This document shows positions 20,273-33,075 of a stretch of 64,000 nt of DNA, piece by piece (the stretch's first letter is position 1; every line of letters starts with the position of its first letter). Where the stretch lies: contig JBMNEZ010000001.1 of the NCBI GenBank assembly GCA_050949045.1, positions 1,152,001-1,216,000 on the forward strand, given 5' to 3'. The notes beneath the pieces were generated by a model. The model was not told the DNA's origin and ran no database searches. It saw only the letters and a list, made by a program, of their open reading frames with translations. Source of the DNA: Candidatus Izemoplasmatales bacterium. Lineage in GTDB: Bacteria > Bacillota_I > Bacilli_A > Izemoplasmatales > Hujiaoplasmataceae. Position numbers and translations under genes: made by a program.

Positions 20273-20858
20273 AGGCTTTGGGCTTTCCTGGAACTTCATG
20301 GCAGTGACGGCATCTTGCTTCATAAAAGTCCTGGACTCCAACTAGGATGATGGGATCGTCATAAGAAGCCGGCTTGCCATTGATGATTCTCTGAGTCCTG
20401 GTAGCGGGGGTGTGGCACTTGACACAGATCGCAGAGAGTTTTGTAACATACTCCGCCAAAGCAAGGAGTTTTGGCATAAAAGAAAAGGTTTCCCCGCGGA
20501 AGTTCCGGTCTAAACCCGAGACGATTACTCTGATGCCGTGATCAGCGAGATACTCGCAGATCTCGACTACATCTTCGTCCATAAACTGGATTTCATCAAT
20601 CGCAACAACATCGGTGTCTTCGTCGACATAGTCCATAATCTGTTTCGCTTTCGCGATGTTGATCGACTTGGTCCGGGTATTGTTATGGGAAACAACCTCG
20701 TTCGACGCGTAGCGGCTGTCTATCTGCGGTTTGAAGACGAGAATGTTCTGTTTGGCGTATTCCAAGCGTTTGACACGCCTGATGAGCTCCTCCGTTTTAC
20801 CCGCGAACATCGGTCCGGTGATGACTTCGATCCAACCTTCCCTTTGGTTTAAATACAT
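20253..20858 (-). CDS. tdk: Thymidine kinase
   Basis: GPMFAGKTEELIRR, IDEIQF, Zn-binding CVKC and YEARCRHC. Confidence 0.97.
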   Translation of the reverse strand: MYLNQREGWIEVITGPMFAGKTEELIRRVKRLEYAKQNILVFKPQIDSRYASNEVVSHNNTRTKSINIAKAKQIMDYVDEDTDVVAIDEIQFMDEDVVEICEYLADHGIRVIVSGLDRNFRGETFSFMPKLLALAEYVTKLSAICVKCHTPATRTQRIINGKPASYDDPIILVGVQDFYEARCRHCHEVPGKPKAYDHFSK

Positions 20859-20937
20859 GGTCCCAACCCCCTTTGCATTCCAGAAACATTATACAAAACA
20901 GCGATAAAAAAAGCCATACAGGATGGCTCTTTTGTAC

Positions 20938-21156
20938 TTATTTTCGCTCAGTGTCTTTGATATTGTAGCGCTTGTTGAATTTGTCGATTCTTCCCGCTGC
21001 CGCAATAAACTTTTGCTTGCCGGTATAGAAAGGATGGCAATTCGCGCAGGTATCTACCTTGATTTCCTTGGAGGTTGAACCGCTTTCGAACGTATTTCCA
21101 CAAGTACTGCAGGTAACAGTGACTTTGTAATATTTCGGGTGGATATCCTTTTTCAT
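20938..21156 (-). CDS. rpmE: 50S ribosomal protein L31 (zinc-binding type)
   Basis: [33 protein letters not shown]. Confidence 0.97.
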   Translation of the reverse strand: MKKDIHPKYYKVTVTCSTCGNTFESGSTSKEIKVDTCANCHPFYTGKQKFIAAAGRIDKFNKRYNIKDTERK

Positions 21157-21348
21157 CGTTGTTTTCTCCTTCTGCCATGATTTTATGATCATAGTAAGTT
21201 TTCAGCAAACGTATTATAGCAAACATCATTTGTAAATGCAAGAAAAATAGCATCTAGTAAGAAACATGAGGTAAAAGGCTCATCTTTGTCAGTTTTATGC
21301 GGTTTGTTCATGATATAATAATGATATAGGAAAGGATCGGTTTACGAT

Positions 21349-22515
21349 ATGGACGATAAATCATCACCATCACTTAAATACCACAAGCGTTTTCGCGGTA
21401 AACTCTCCGTTATTCCCAATGTCCCGCTTGACAGTAATCAGGACTTGCTTTTGGCATATACTCCCGGCGTTGCGGATGTATGTATGGAAATCGCCAAAAC
21501 AGGCGATTTGGCATTTGACTACACTTTGAAGTCGCGCGTCGTCGCGATCATTTCCGATGGCAGCGCTGTCCTCGGCCTTGGCAACATCGGTCCGCTGGCG
21601 GCGATTCCGGTCATGGAAGGCAAAGCCGCTCTTTTATACAAGTTTTCCGGCATCGAGGCTTTCCCAATCACGCTTGACACCAAAGATGAGGATGAGATCA
21701 TAAGAACGATCAAGAACATCGCTCCTGTATTCGGCGCGATCATGTTGGAAGATATCGCAGCTCCCAAATGCGTCCGGATCGAGCGTATTTTGCAAAAGGA
21801 ATTGCCTATTCCCGTCTTCCATGACGACCAGCACGGAACCGCCATTGTGGTCGGGGCTGCCGTCACTAATGCTTTCCGCCTTCTCAGGAAAGACCTCTCG
21901 CAGGTTAAAGCCGTCGTTTGCGGCACGGGTGCCGCCGGAAACAGCGTCATCCGGTTATTGAAAGAGCTCGGTGTTGGTTCAATTTCCGCCTATAATAGGA
22001 AAGGCATTGTTTCCTATTCAAAATACTCTACTTATGACTTTGTCATTAAGGAGCTTATCGATGAACGCATCATCGACGACCCCGATCCGAATCTTTCTAC
22101 TCTTTCCGGACTGATCAAAGATAAAGATCTCTTCATCGGTGTCAGCGCCCCCAATATTCTTACAAAGGAAATGGTCGAATCAATGAGGCCGGATCCGGTC
22201 ATCTTCGCTCTCGCAAACCCTATTCCGGAAATCAATCCCAACCTGGCTTTGGCCGCCAAGGCTTTTGTCGTCGGTACCGGCAGGAGCGACTATCCCAATC
22301 AAATCAATAACGTCCTAGTTTTTCCGGGACTGATGAAAGGCCTGCTTGAATCCCGAGCCCCCAGCGTTACCGCCGCTATGAAAATAGCCGCCTGCAAAGC
22401 GCTCGCCTACCTAATTGAAGATAAGGATTTGAGGCCTGATCGCATCATCCCGGGAATATTCGAAAAAGGCGTTGTCGACGCCGTCAAAAATGCTGTCATA
22501 TCTGCGGTCAAATAA
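21349..22515 (+). CDS. NAD(P)-dependent malic enzyme
   Basis: AYTPGVA, DGSAVLGLGNIG, VMEGKA, FHDDQHGTAIV, FALANP, TGRSDYPNQINNVL. Confidence 0.95.
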   Translation: MDDKSSPSLKYHKRFRGKLSVIPNVPLDSNQDLLLAYTPGVADVCMEIAKTGDLAFDYTLKSRVVAIISDGSAVLGLGNIGPLAAIPVMEGKAALLYKFSGIEAFPITLDTKDEDEIIRTIKNIAPVFGAIMLEDIAAPKCVRIERILQKELPIPVFHDDQHGTAIVVGAAVTNAFRLLRKDLSQVKAVVCGTGAAGNSVIRLLKELGVGSISAYNRKGIVSYSKYSTYDFVIKELIDERIIDDPDPNLSTLSGLIKDKDLFIGVSAPNILTKEMVESMRPDPVIFALANPIPEINPNLALAAKAFVVGTGRSDYPNQINNVLVFPGLMKGLLESRAPSVTAAMKIAACKALAYLIEDKDLRPDRIIPGIFEKGVVDAVKNAVISAVK

Positions 22516-22531
22516 AAAAGCCCCTGAGGGC

Positions 22532-23098
22532 TTATAACATGATTCCAAGCTTTTTGAATTCTTGATAGATTCTTGAAACGGGCATTCCCATAACCGTGTA
22601 ATAGTCGCCTTCGATCCGTTCAACGAACCTTGCGCCATAACCTTGAACGGCATACGCTCCAGCTTTATCCATCGGTTCTTTCGAGGCGATGTACTTGTCG
22701 ATTTCCTCATCCGTGAGCGGATAGAAAGTGACTGCCGTCTTGGAATAGAACGAGTGCGAAACCGCTTTGGTCAGAATCGCTGTGCCGGTGACGACCATAT
22801 GCTTTGTCCCTGAGAGTATCCGCAACATCCTTCTGGCGTCCTTGTCATCCTTTGGCTTTCCCAAGATCTCGGTTTCGGTATAGACAAGCGTGTCAAATCC
22901 CAAGACGATCTTGTCTTTGTTCTCTTTGAAGACCGCATGGGCCTTCCTGAAGGCCAATTCCATCGCTTGCTCCTCGGGCAAAAGCCCCTGGTCGATCGCC
23001 TCAGAAACATCCTTGGTCATTATTTGATATTTCACGCCAAGAAAATCGAACAATTCCCTTCTTCTCGGCGAGTTGCTCGCAAGAATCACATCTTTCAT
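22532..23098 (-). CDS. maf: Maf family nucleoside triphosphate pyrophosphatase
   Basis: ILASNSPRRREL, DT, LGKP, DKAGAY.VQG, GDYYTVMGMP. Confidence 0.94.
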   Translation of the reverse strand: MKDVILASNSPRRRELFDFLGVKYQIMTKDVSEAIDQGLLPEEQAMELAFRKAHAVFKENKDKIVLGFDTLVYTETEILGKPKDDKDARRMLRILSGTKHMVVTGTAILTKAVSHSFYSKTAVTFYPLTDEEIDKYIASKEPMDKAGAYAVQGYGARFVERIEGDYYTVMGMPVSRIYQEFKKLGIML

Positions 23099-23236
23099 AT
23101 CATCACACCCCGCTTGTCATAATTATAGCATAACACAAAGAGTTGCCGATAAAGATAATCATTATCTGCAATGTCATCACATATTCTAAGGTATAATATA
23201 ATAACTGCTGTTTAAATGCTATGGAAGGAGGGTTCT

Positions 23237-24571
23237 ATGTTGTTGAATCCAAACTTGATCGAGAAGAACGATCGTTTGATTGTCGCCGTCAGCGGCGGTG
23301 TCGACTCGATGGTTATGCTCGATTGTTTGAACAATCTGAAAGACAAACTCAACCTCTTTCTAGTTGTCGTCCATATCAATCACCACAAACGCGAAGCCGC
23401 CAACATGGAAATGGGCTTCGTCAAAGACACCGCCCAAAAGCTTGGCCTTCAATTTCTAGGGTTTGACTATCATCACCAGGGACCGCTCAATTTTCATCAA
23501 GCCGCCAGAAAAGCGCGCCTTGATTTGTTGCTGGAAGCCGCCAATCGTTATTCCGCCAACAAGATCGCTCTCGCCCATCAAGCCGACGATCTTGTCGAAA
23601 CAATCCTGATGCGGCTTACAAGAGGGAGTTCATTCCCCGGTTATGGCGGCATCAATGAGAAATACACGATTGGCAAGGTAACATTGATCCGCCCCCTGCT
23701 CCATGTGAGCAGAAACGAGATCTTGTCCTATCAAAAAGAACACCGGATCGAATATATGGAAGACGATTCCAACCAAACCGATGCTTATACCAGAAATCGC
23801 TTCCGCCACCATGTGGTCCCGTTCCTAAAAGAAGAGAATCCGCAATATACCGCGAAATTCCGGCAATTTGCCAATTACATCCAAGAGGCTTCCGATTATC
23901 TTCGCAAAAAAGGATCCTTATTTGTAGATAACAACCTCATCCTCTCCGATGGTGTGGCCAAACTGCCGATCCCGGCATTGAAAAATGAAGAGCCGATCAT
24001 CCAAAAGGAAGCCCTCATCCAATCCATTGGCCGGTTGACCGGCAACCAAGTCGAGATCTCTTATCTTCAACTCGAGGAACTCTGTGAACTGCTGACTATC
24101 GACAAGAGCCGTCATGACATTGATCTCGAAGGGGGCCTTGTCGCCCGAAAAAGTTACGATCAATTGCTTCTTTATCTTGAATTGCCCGCTCCGAGTCAGT
24201 ATGAATATATCTTGGAGACGGTTGGTGATGTGCTTCTTCCAAACGGACACAAGATTTCACTAAGTGAAAATACTGTTAATTTCAATGGAAAAAACACTGA
24301 TCTATGGTATAATAACTTAGATTTCATCTTGCCTCTTACAATCAGAAACAGGCGTCCCGGAGATCGAATCCAAATGCCTTACGGAACCAAGAAACTGAAA
24401 TCTTTCTTTATTGAAAAGAAAGTTCCCCATCTTCTTCGTGATGAACTGCCTCTGGTTTTTGATAGGAATATGAATCTGTTATGGATTCCCGGCTATTTTC
24501 AAAAGCAGCCTGGTCTCGATGAAACCAATAAATTAACTCTTTGTTACTGGAAAGGAAACAGGCATGCTTGA
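23237..24571 (+). CDS. tilS: tRNA(Ile)-lysidine synthetase
   Basis: AVSGGVDS, AHQADD..ET, IRPLL, DDSN....TRNRFR, KKLK; precedes hpt-ftsH. Confidence 0.95.
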   Translation: MLLNPNLIEKNDRLIVAVSGGVDSMVMLDCLNNLKDKLNLFLVVVHINHHKREAANMEMGFVKDTAQKLGLQFLGFDYHHQGPLNFHQAARKARLDLLLEAANRYSANKIALAHQADDLVETILMRLTRGSSFPGYGGINEKYTIGKVTLIRPLLHVSRNEILSYQKEHRIEYMEDDSNQTDAYTRNRFRHHVVPFLKEENPQYTAKFRQFANYIQEASDYLRKKGSLFVDNNLILSDGVAKLPIPALKNEEPIIQKEALIQSIGRLTGNQVEISYLQLEELCELLTIDKSRHDIDLEGGLVARKSYDQLLLYLELPAPSQYEYILETVGDVLLPNGHKISLSENTVNFNGKNTDLWYNNLDFILPLTIRNRRPGDRIQMPYGTKKLKSFFIEKKVPHLLRDELPLVFDRNMNLLWIPGYFQKQPGLDETNKLTLCYWKGNRHA

Positions 24572-25106
24572 AAAAGATATTGAAAAAATACTGGTATCAG
24601 AAGCCCAAATCCAAGAAATCTGTGCCGCACTAGGTAAGAGAATCACCAACGACTACAAAGACAAAAAGCCGCTCATCATCGGCTTGTTGAAGGGTTGTTT
24701 GCCTTTCATGAGCGAATTGATGAAACATATTAATCTCTATTGTGAAATCGACTTGATGGGTGTCGCCAGTTATCATGGCGACGTCTCCTCCTCAGGCGAT
24801 GTCAAGATCACCAAAGACCTTGATAAACCTGTTTTGAACAAAGATGTGATCATCGCCGAAGATATCATCGATACCGCTAAAACAATCGACGTCGTCAGAA
24901 ATCTTCTCTTGTACAGAGGTGCAAAATCAGTTGAAGTCGCCACTCTTCTCGACAAACCCGATGGCAGAACCATCGATTTCGTACCCAAATACATCGGTAT
25001 CACCATCCCCAAGGAATTCGTCGTCGGTTTCGGCCTAGACTACAATGAAATGTATCGAAATCTTCCCTACGTCGGCGTTTTAAAACCGTCCGTCTACAAG
25101 AAATAA
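24564..25106 (+). CDS. hpt: Hypoxanthine phosphoribosyltransferase
   Basis: LLKG, IIAEDIIDTAKT, FVVGFGLDYNE.YRNLP. Confidence 0.96.
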   Translation: MLEKDIEKILVSEAQIQEICAALGKRITNDYKDKKPLIIGLLKGCLPFMSELMKHINLYCEIDLMGVASYHGDVSSSGDVKITKDLDKPVLNKDVIIAEDIIDTAKTIDVVRNLLLYRGAKSVEVATLLDKPDGRTIDFVPKYIGITIPKEFVVGFGLDYNEMYRNLPYVGVLKPSVYKK

Positions 25107-25119
25107 TTAGGAGTTTAAA

Positions 25120-27123
25120 ATGGCAGAACCCAAAAAACCAGTCAAAAAGCCAGCCCCCAATCGCGCGTCTCATTTTATGATGATCGCGCTTTTGGTCATT
25201 CTCTCAATCGCGATCATTCTCAATTTTAACAAAGCCAATGCCCCGGTCGAACTCCGAAACGACCAGTTTGAATCCGTTCTTACTAATCAAGGGGTTATCA
25301 GCGTGTTTGCGACTCCCCTTGGCGGAGAAAACAACTTCGGCTGCTATAAGCTGACCGGAAGGTTGGTTACCAACGACGGCAGTCGCCTTGAATTTATCGT
25401 CTATCTCGCAAACCAGACCGAACTTGATCACATCCGCGAAATCATCCGTTCTTTGAACAATGATGCGAATCCGAACAATGACGTTTCCTTCAAATTCATC
25501 CCGGCAGCGACCTACAGTTGGATCAACGTTTTGTTTCCGATCGTATTGGTTGCCGGCATCGTCATCATGCTCGTCTTCATGATGCGGGGTGGAACCAATG
25601 CTAACAAGCAAGCCTTAGATTTTGGCAAAAGCCGTGCTAAGTTGAGCAAAAACCAGAAGACGACCTTCAACGATGTCGCCGGCTGTGACGAGGAAAAGGA
25701 AGAACTGAAAGAAATCATCGACTTTTTGAAATCCCCGAAAAAATACATTGACCTTGGAGCGAGGATTCCAAAGGGCGTATTATTGGTCGGCCCTCCTGGA
25801 ACAGGCAAGACCCTGATCGCCCGCGCCGTTGCCGGCGAGGCGAATGTCCCCTTCTACTTTGTGAGTGGTTCCGACTTTCTGGAAATGTTTGTTGGCGTCG
25901 GCGCCAGCCGTGTCCGCGACATGTTCAAAACCGCTAAACAAAACGCTCCCTGTCTCCTCTTTATCGATGAAATCGATGCCGTCGGCAGACAAAGAGGCAC
26001 CGGCCTTGGCGGCGGCCACGACGAACGCGAACAGACTTTGAACCAGCTTTTAGTCGAGATGGACGGCTTTGGCCACAATTCCGGCGTCATCGTCCTCGCG
26101 GCCACCAACAGAGTCGACATCCTCGACCCTGCCTTGATGCGTCCCGGTCGGTTCGATCGCCAGATTTATGTAGGCACCCCAGATATCAAAGGCCGTGCCG
26201 AAATTCTCAAGGTCCATGCCCGCAGAAAGAAAATCAATCAAAAAGTCACTTTCGAAGAGATCGCCAGGCGCACCCCCGGTTTCACCGGTGCCGATCTTGA
26301 AAATCTGATGAACGAAGCCGCCTTGTTGGCCGCCAGGGAAAATAAAAAAGAAATCGACATGTCTCATATCGACGAAGCCGTCGACAGAGTCATGATGGGC
26401 CCGGCGAAAAAATCCCGCGTCATCAGTAAAAAAGAGCGCCAAATCATCGCCATCCATGAATCCGGTCACGCCGTCATCGGCCTCAAACTAAAAAGCGCCA
26501 ATATCGTCCACAAGGTGACGATCATCCCGCGCGGCCAAGCCGGCGGATATAATTTGATGTTGCCGGAGGAAGAACAGGCTTTCCTTAGAACCAAGCAGAA
26601 CCTTCTCGAGATTATCACCGGCCTTCTCGGCGGGAGGGTTGCCGAAGAAGTGGTCTTCAATGAGATTTCGACGGGAGCCCACACCGACTTACAAAGGGCA
26701 ACTTCGATTGCCAGATCGATGATCACCGAGTACGGCATGTCCGAAAACCTAGGCCCTGTCACTTATGAACAAAACACCGGTACGGTTTTCCTCGGCCGCG
26801 ACTACGGCAAAGACAAAAATTTCTCCGAAGCGATTGCGACCGAAATCGACCGTGAAGTCCGGGGAATCATCCATAATTGTTACGAAAGCGCCCGCAAAGT
26901 CATCACCGAAAACAGGGCTCTGCTCGAGAAAATATCTCATTATTTGCTTGAAGTCGAGACGCTTACCAAAGAAGACATCGACGAAATTGTCGAAACAGGA
27001 AAACTCTCCCGTTGGGACGATATCCTCGCAAGCAATCCCGACACCACCAGCCCGGAAACAAAAGAGGAATCAAATACCGAGGCCGAACCGCCCAAATCGG
27101 AACCAAAGCAAGAAGACAAATAA
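25120..27123 (+). CDS. ftsH: ATP-dependent zinc metalloprotease FtsH
   Basis: Two TMs, [30 protein letters not shown]. Confidence 0.98.
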   Translation: MAEPKKPVKKPAPNRASHFMMIALLVILSIAIILNFNKANAPVELRNDQFESVLTNQGVISVFATPLGGENNFGCYKLTGRLVTNDGSRLEFIVYLANQTELDHIREIIRSLNNDANPNNDVSFKFIPAATYSWINVLFPIVLVAGIVIMLVFMMRGGTNANKQALDFGKSRAKLSKNQKTTFNDVAGCDEEKEELKEIIDFLKSPKKYIDLGARIPKGVLLVGPPGTGKTLIARAVAGEANVPFYFVSGSDFLEMFVGVGASRVRDMFKTAKQNAPCLLFIDEIDAVGRQRGTGLGGGHDEREQTLNQLLVEMDGFGHNSGVIVLAATNRVDILDPALMRPGRFDRQIYVGTPDIKGRAEILKVHARRKKINQKVTFEEIARRTPGFTGADLENLMNEAALLAARENKKEIDMSHIDEAVDRVMMGPAKKSRVISKKERQIIAIHESGHAVIGLKLKSANIVHKVTIIPRGQAGGYNLMLPEEEQAFLRTKQNLLEIITGLLGGRVAEEVVFNEISTGAHTDLQRATSIARSMITEYGMSENLGPVTYEQNTGTVFLGRDYGKDKNFSEAIATEIDREVRGIIHNCYESARKVITENRALLEKISHYLLEVETLTKEDIDEIVETGKLSRWDDILASNPDTTSPETKEESNTEAEPPKSEPKQEDK

Positions 27124-27169
27124 GATTTTGGGATACCGGAGGGTATCCCTTCTTATATGGGAGGCCGCT

Positions 27170-27424
27170 ATGCGTCTTGACAAATACTTAAAAGTGTCAC
27201 GTATCTTCAAGCGCCGCATTATCGCCAAAGAGGTCGCCAATATGCACAAGGTGCTTATAAACGGCCGAATCGCGAAACCAAGCAACGCCGTTTCAGTGAA
27301 CGATCTGATTACCATCATCTACCAAAACAAGGAAGTCACGATTAAGGTTCTAGAACTCGCCACTAAGGAAAGCAAGGACAAAGCGGCGTCCCTCTATGAG
27401 ATCGTCAGTGAAAAATCCAAGTAA
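27170..27424 (+). CDS. S4-domain RNA-binding protein (YabO/RqcP-like)
   Basis: MRLDKYLKVSRIFKRR..AKE; SD GGAGG. Confidence 0.9.
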   Translation: MRLDKYLKVSRIFKRRIIAKEVANMHKVLINGRIAKPSNAVSVNDLITIIYQNKEVTIKVLELATKESKDKAASLYEIVSEKSK

Positions 27425-27437
27425 AGGAAAGTATCAG

Positions 27438-29950
<2,513 letters not shown>

Positions 29951-29962
29951 ATACAATAAACA

Positions 29963-29990
29963 ATAAAGGCGGAAATCCGCCTTTATTTTT
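29963..29990. terminator. Bidirectional terminator between lysS and the convergent gene
   Basis: ATAAAGGCGGA-AA-TCCGCCTTTAT palindrome. Confidence 0.8.
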
Positions 29991-30915
29991 CTATATCTTC
30001 GGTTTGTTTTGATGATGTTTCTTCGTCGTTAACTACTTCGACTTCTTCAAGCCTCTCCAGTTCGACCTTCTCGGTTTCAAGCGGTTTGCTTTCCTGCATT
30101 TTGGCCTGTTCGGCTTCATAGTCATAGACATAATCCTCGACATCAACCAGGTTGCGGAATTTTTCTCGCGCCCTTTCGGCCATATGATGCTTCTTGCCGT
30201 TGGCGATTACGAAAGCCAGGCATTTGTCTTCTTCGAGAGCGTCCCCGATCTTATTGTAGTAAAGCGCCATCCGGTAATTGAAAATGAGTTTGGTCGAAAG
30301 ATAGCCGTCATGCTTGCCAAAATGGGCCTCGATCGCTTCCTTGTAGCCGGGAAGATCGGTGTCAATGTTCTGCATCGCTGTTAGAAGATGAATATAAGAA
30401 TTGACGAAGGGTTTGAATCTTGCATTTATCTTCGCTTCGCTGTTCTTGATTCGTTCAAGATTGAAGGCGAATTCCTCGGTATCGCCCAATTCATAGGCCG
30501 CATAGGCGGAAAAAGCGAATACGAGGATATGATAGATTGGGTTTAATCTTTTGAGTTCGACCATATGCATATGCTTGATCGCTTCGTCATATTTCCCATT
30601 GTAATACTTGGCCATTCCGAGATACATCGAATAAAGCGCCTTGATGTTTCTGGTCGGAGCGTTGTCATAGGCTTTTTGAGCGTATTCCTCCGCGGCTTCA
30701 ACCTCTAGATCATAATCGACGAGCATGTTGAATTTGGTCGAGAACATCTGTAAAGGCGCGCTGAGACGGTAACGAATATACATATAGGCGATCATGTAGA
30801 TGATGATCAGATACAGCCAATTGTCGATGTAAAGCCAGATGGCGTTGGTGACGGCGAGCGCCACACTCAAAACCAAGATGACAATAAGCGTGATCAGATA
30901 TTCTTTTCTGTTCAT
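29983..30915 (-). CDS. Hypothetical membrane-anchored TPR-like protein
   Basis: Two N-terminal TMs, YLGMAKYYNGKYDEAI TPR-like helix pair, acidic tail. Confidence 0.7.
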   Translation of the reverse strand: MNRKEYLITLIVILVLSVALAVTNAIWLYIDNWLYLIIIYMIAYMYIRYRLSAPLQMFSTKFNMLVDYDLEVEAAEEYAQKAYDNAPTRNIKALYSMYLGMAKYYNGKYDEAIKHMHMVELKRLNPIYHILVFAFSAYAAYELGDTEEFAFNLERIKNSEAKINARFKPFVNSYIHLLTAMQNIDTDLPGYKEAIEAHFGKHDGYLSTKLIFNYRMALYYNKIGDALEEDKCLAFVIANGKKHHMAERAREKFRNLVDVEDYVYDYEAEQAKMQESKPLETEKVELERLEEVEVVNDEETSSKQTEDIEK

Positions 30916-30924
30916 ATAGCCTCC

Positions 30925-31506
30925 TTAGATATCCTTTCCGAGCAACACTTCGTCTTCCTTACAGGTGGCGATCCCCAAGGTGTCGCCAATTGATTGGAAA
31001 ATGTCGATGATGCCGTTGAAAGTTAATTCTATGTCGCCGATCGCTTTGTGGATCACAGCGTCGACATACAGCTTGAAGTTGTCCGGAATCAATGACTTGG
31101 TGATAACGATTGTCTCGAGTTCTTCCGCAAGATCTTCAAGGACATCTTCGTCAACTTTGATTTGCTGTTCCTTGAGTTCATAACGGAAATCCTCAATAAA
31201 AAGGATGGTGCTGATCACAAAATCATATTTCAACATTTCATGCAGATCGTCGTTGAAGTTCGTCTCCAGATAGAGTTTGACGGTCTGAAACTGGTCCGAG
31301 AGATACTCAAGCCCAACGACAAAGATCCGGTTTAAATCTTCAGTGGCTTCAAGTTCTTTTTTTGAAATCTTTTCTTCAAGATAAGACAACACTTCATAAA
31401 CGGGTTTGAAACGGTCGTAAAGACATGAGTCGTGTTCTTCAAGTTCCATGTAAAGATCCCGGTTTTCCTTATCCCATGATCGGAACTCTTTGATCAGTTT
31501 TTCCAT
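30925..31506 (-). CDS. Hypothetical acidic protein
   Basis: 193-aa ORF from MEKLIK with SD GGAGG; co-oriented with fba. Confidence 0.75.
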   Translation of the reverse strand: MEKLIKEFRSWDKENRDLYMELEEHDSCLYDRFKPVYEVLSYLEEKISKKELEATEDLNRIFVVGLEYLSDQFQTVKLYLETNFNDDLHEMLKYDFVISTILFIEDFRYELKEQQIKVDEDVLEDLAEELETIVITKSLIPDNFKLYVDAVIHKAIGDIELTFNGIIDIFQSIGDTLGIATCKEDEVLLGKDI

Positions 31507-31569
31507 ATGATACCGCCTCCCAAAGAGATGACAAATAGAAAAGCCACAGTTTAACTGTGCCCTTGCCAA

Positions 31570-32436
31570 TCAGGCTTTGTTGGCGGAACCGAACAGCAGA
31601 ATCTTTTCTCTGACAGCTTTCTTGATCGCCTCGAAACCGGGTGCGAGGAGTTTGCGGGGATCGAAGCCTTTGCCCTGAAGATCCTTGCCTTCCTCGATAT
31701 ATTTTCTGGTGGCGGCTGCGAAAACGAGTTGGCATTCGGTGTTGACATTGATCTTGGCAACGCCCATTGAGATCGCTTTTTTGATCATATCTTCAGGAAT
31801 GCCGGTGCCACCATGAAGAACCAACGGAACACCTTTGGTCATTTTGTTTATCCGGTCAAGAACCTCAAAATTTAGACCGGGCCAGTTTTCGGGATACTTG
31901 CCGTGGATGTTGCCGATGCCGGCAGCGAGGATGGTCACACCAAGGTCGGCGATCTTTTTGCATTCGTTGGGGTCGGCGATTTCGCCGCTACCAATGACGC
32001 CGTCTTCTTCGCCGCCAATGGCTCCTACCTCAGCTTCAATCGAAATCCCCTTTTTTTTGGTTAGTTCGACCAGTTCTTTGGTTTTGGCGATATTCTCTTC
32101 AATCGGATAATGCGAACCGTCGAACATGATTGAAGTGAATCCGGCCTCGATGGCTTTGAACGCACCTTCGTAACTGCCGTGGTCGGTATGGAGCGCTACC
32201 GGAACTGTAATGTTCAGGCTCTCGACCATGGCTTTCACCATGGCGGCGACGACTTTGAAACCGCACATATACTTGGCGGCTCCCTCAGAGACGCCAAGGA
32301 TGACAGGTGAGTTCATTTCCTCCGCCGTCAATAAGATCGCTTTGGTCCATTCGAGATTGTTGATGTTGAATTGGCCTACAGCATAGCCTTCGCTATAGGC
32401 TTTCTTTAGCATTTTTTCCGCTGATACGAGACTCAT
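31570..32436 (-). CDS. fba: Class II fructose-bisphosphate aldolase
   Basis: GQFNINNLEW, LHTDHG, MFDGSH, GNIHGKY, LVLHGGTG, KINVNTE, DPRK. Confidence 0.97.
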   Translation of the reverse strand: MSLVSAEKMLKKAYSEGYAVGQFNINNLEWTKAILLTAEEMNSPVILGVSEGAAKYMCGFKVVAAMVKAMVESLNITVPVALHTDHGSYEGAFKAIEAGFTSIMFDGSHYPIEENIAKTKELVELTKKKGISIEAEVGAIGGEEDGVIGSGEIADPNECKKIADLGVTILAAGIGNIHGKYPENWPGLNFEVLDRINKMTKGVPLVLHGGTGIPEDMIKKAISMGVAKINVNTECQLVFAAATRKYIEEGKDLQGKGFDPRKLLAPGFEAIKKAVREKILLFGSANKA

Positions 32437-32664
32437 AATATGCATACCCTCCCTAGGTTAAGAACAAGATAAATTATATCGAAATAATAAGCAAAAGTAA
32501 AGGTTAATTGCCTAAGTATTATAATTAGTAACCGATATAATATACTTTAATCAATAATAATAAAATCAAAAAAGGCCAAACAATGAAATGATACCGCCAA
32601 CCAAAGAACTGATGAGCTTGGTTTTAGGAAAAACAAGCAAGCATGATGGTCATCCGGTTTTAAG

Positions 32665-32789
32665 ATAATGGAACTTTGCCCAGAAATCGGAAGATGTTTG
32701 ATTAAGAGTGAATAAAAATTCTGTGTGAAGAAGGCGTAATTGAGAAATGCGGTGGTGGAAGGTCAACATTTTATGTTAAATTAAAATAA
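32665..32789 (+). pseudogene. Decayed C-terminal winged-helix fragment, Fic-protein-like
   Basis: IMELCPEIGR in one frame, then LCEEGVIEKCGGGRSTFYVKLK* in another, inside an AT-rich intergenic gap. Confidence 0.55.
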
Positions 32790-33075
32790 TCACTTAAAAA
32801 TACTATTAAATTAAGGGCAAAATGAAATAGTAAAGTTAAACATCTATCAGAAATGGTAGGTGTTTTTCTTATATAAAAATATTCTCCAAAAAATATACCA
32901 TTTTTAGGAGAATAGGAAATAGAAATATTTAATTTTAAACGAGTAAGAGATAAACCTAAGAACTCAATGTCTGGAAGTAAACATACATTTTATATGGGTG
33001 GATAAATTGATAGTTTCACAATTTTTTAGACCTTACTAGAAATCACTTGTAAAAACTTCTGATTCGGCCTTTCAA

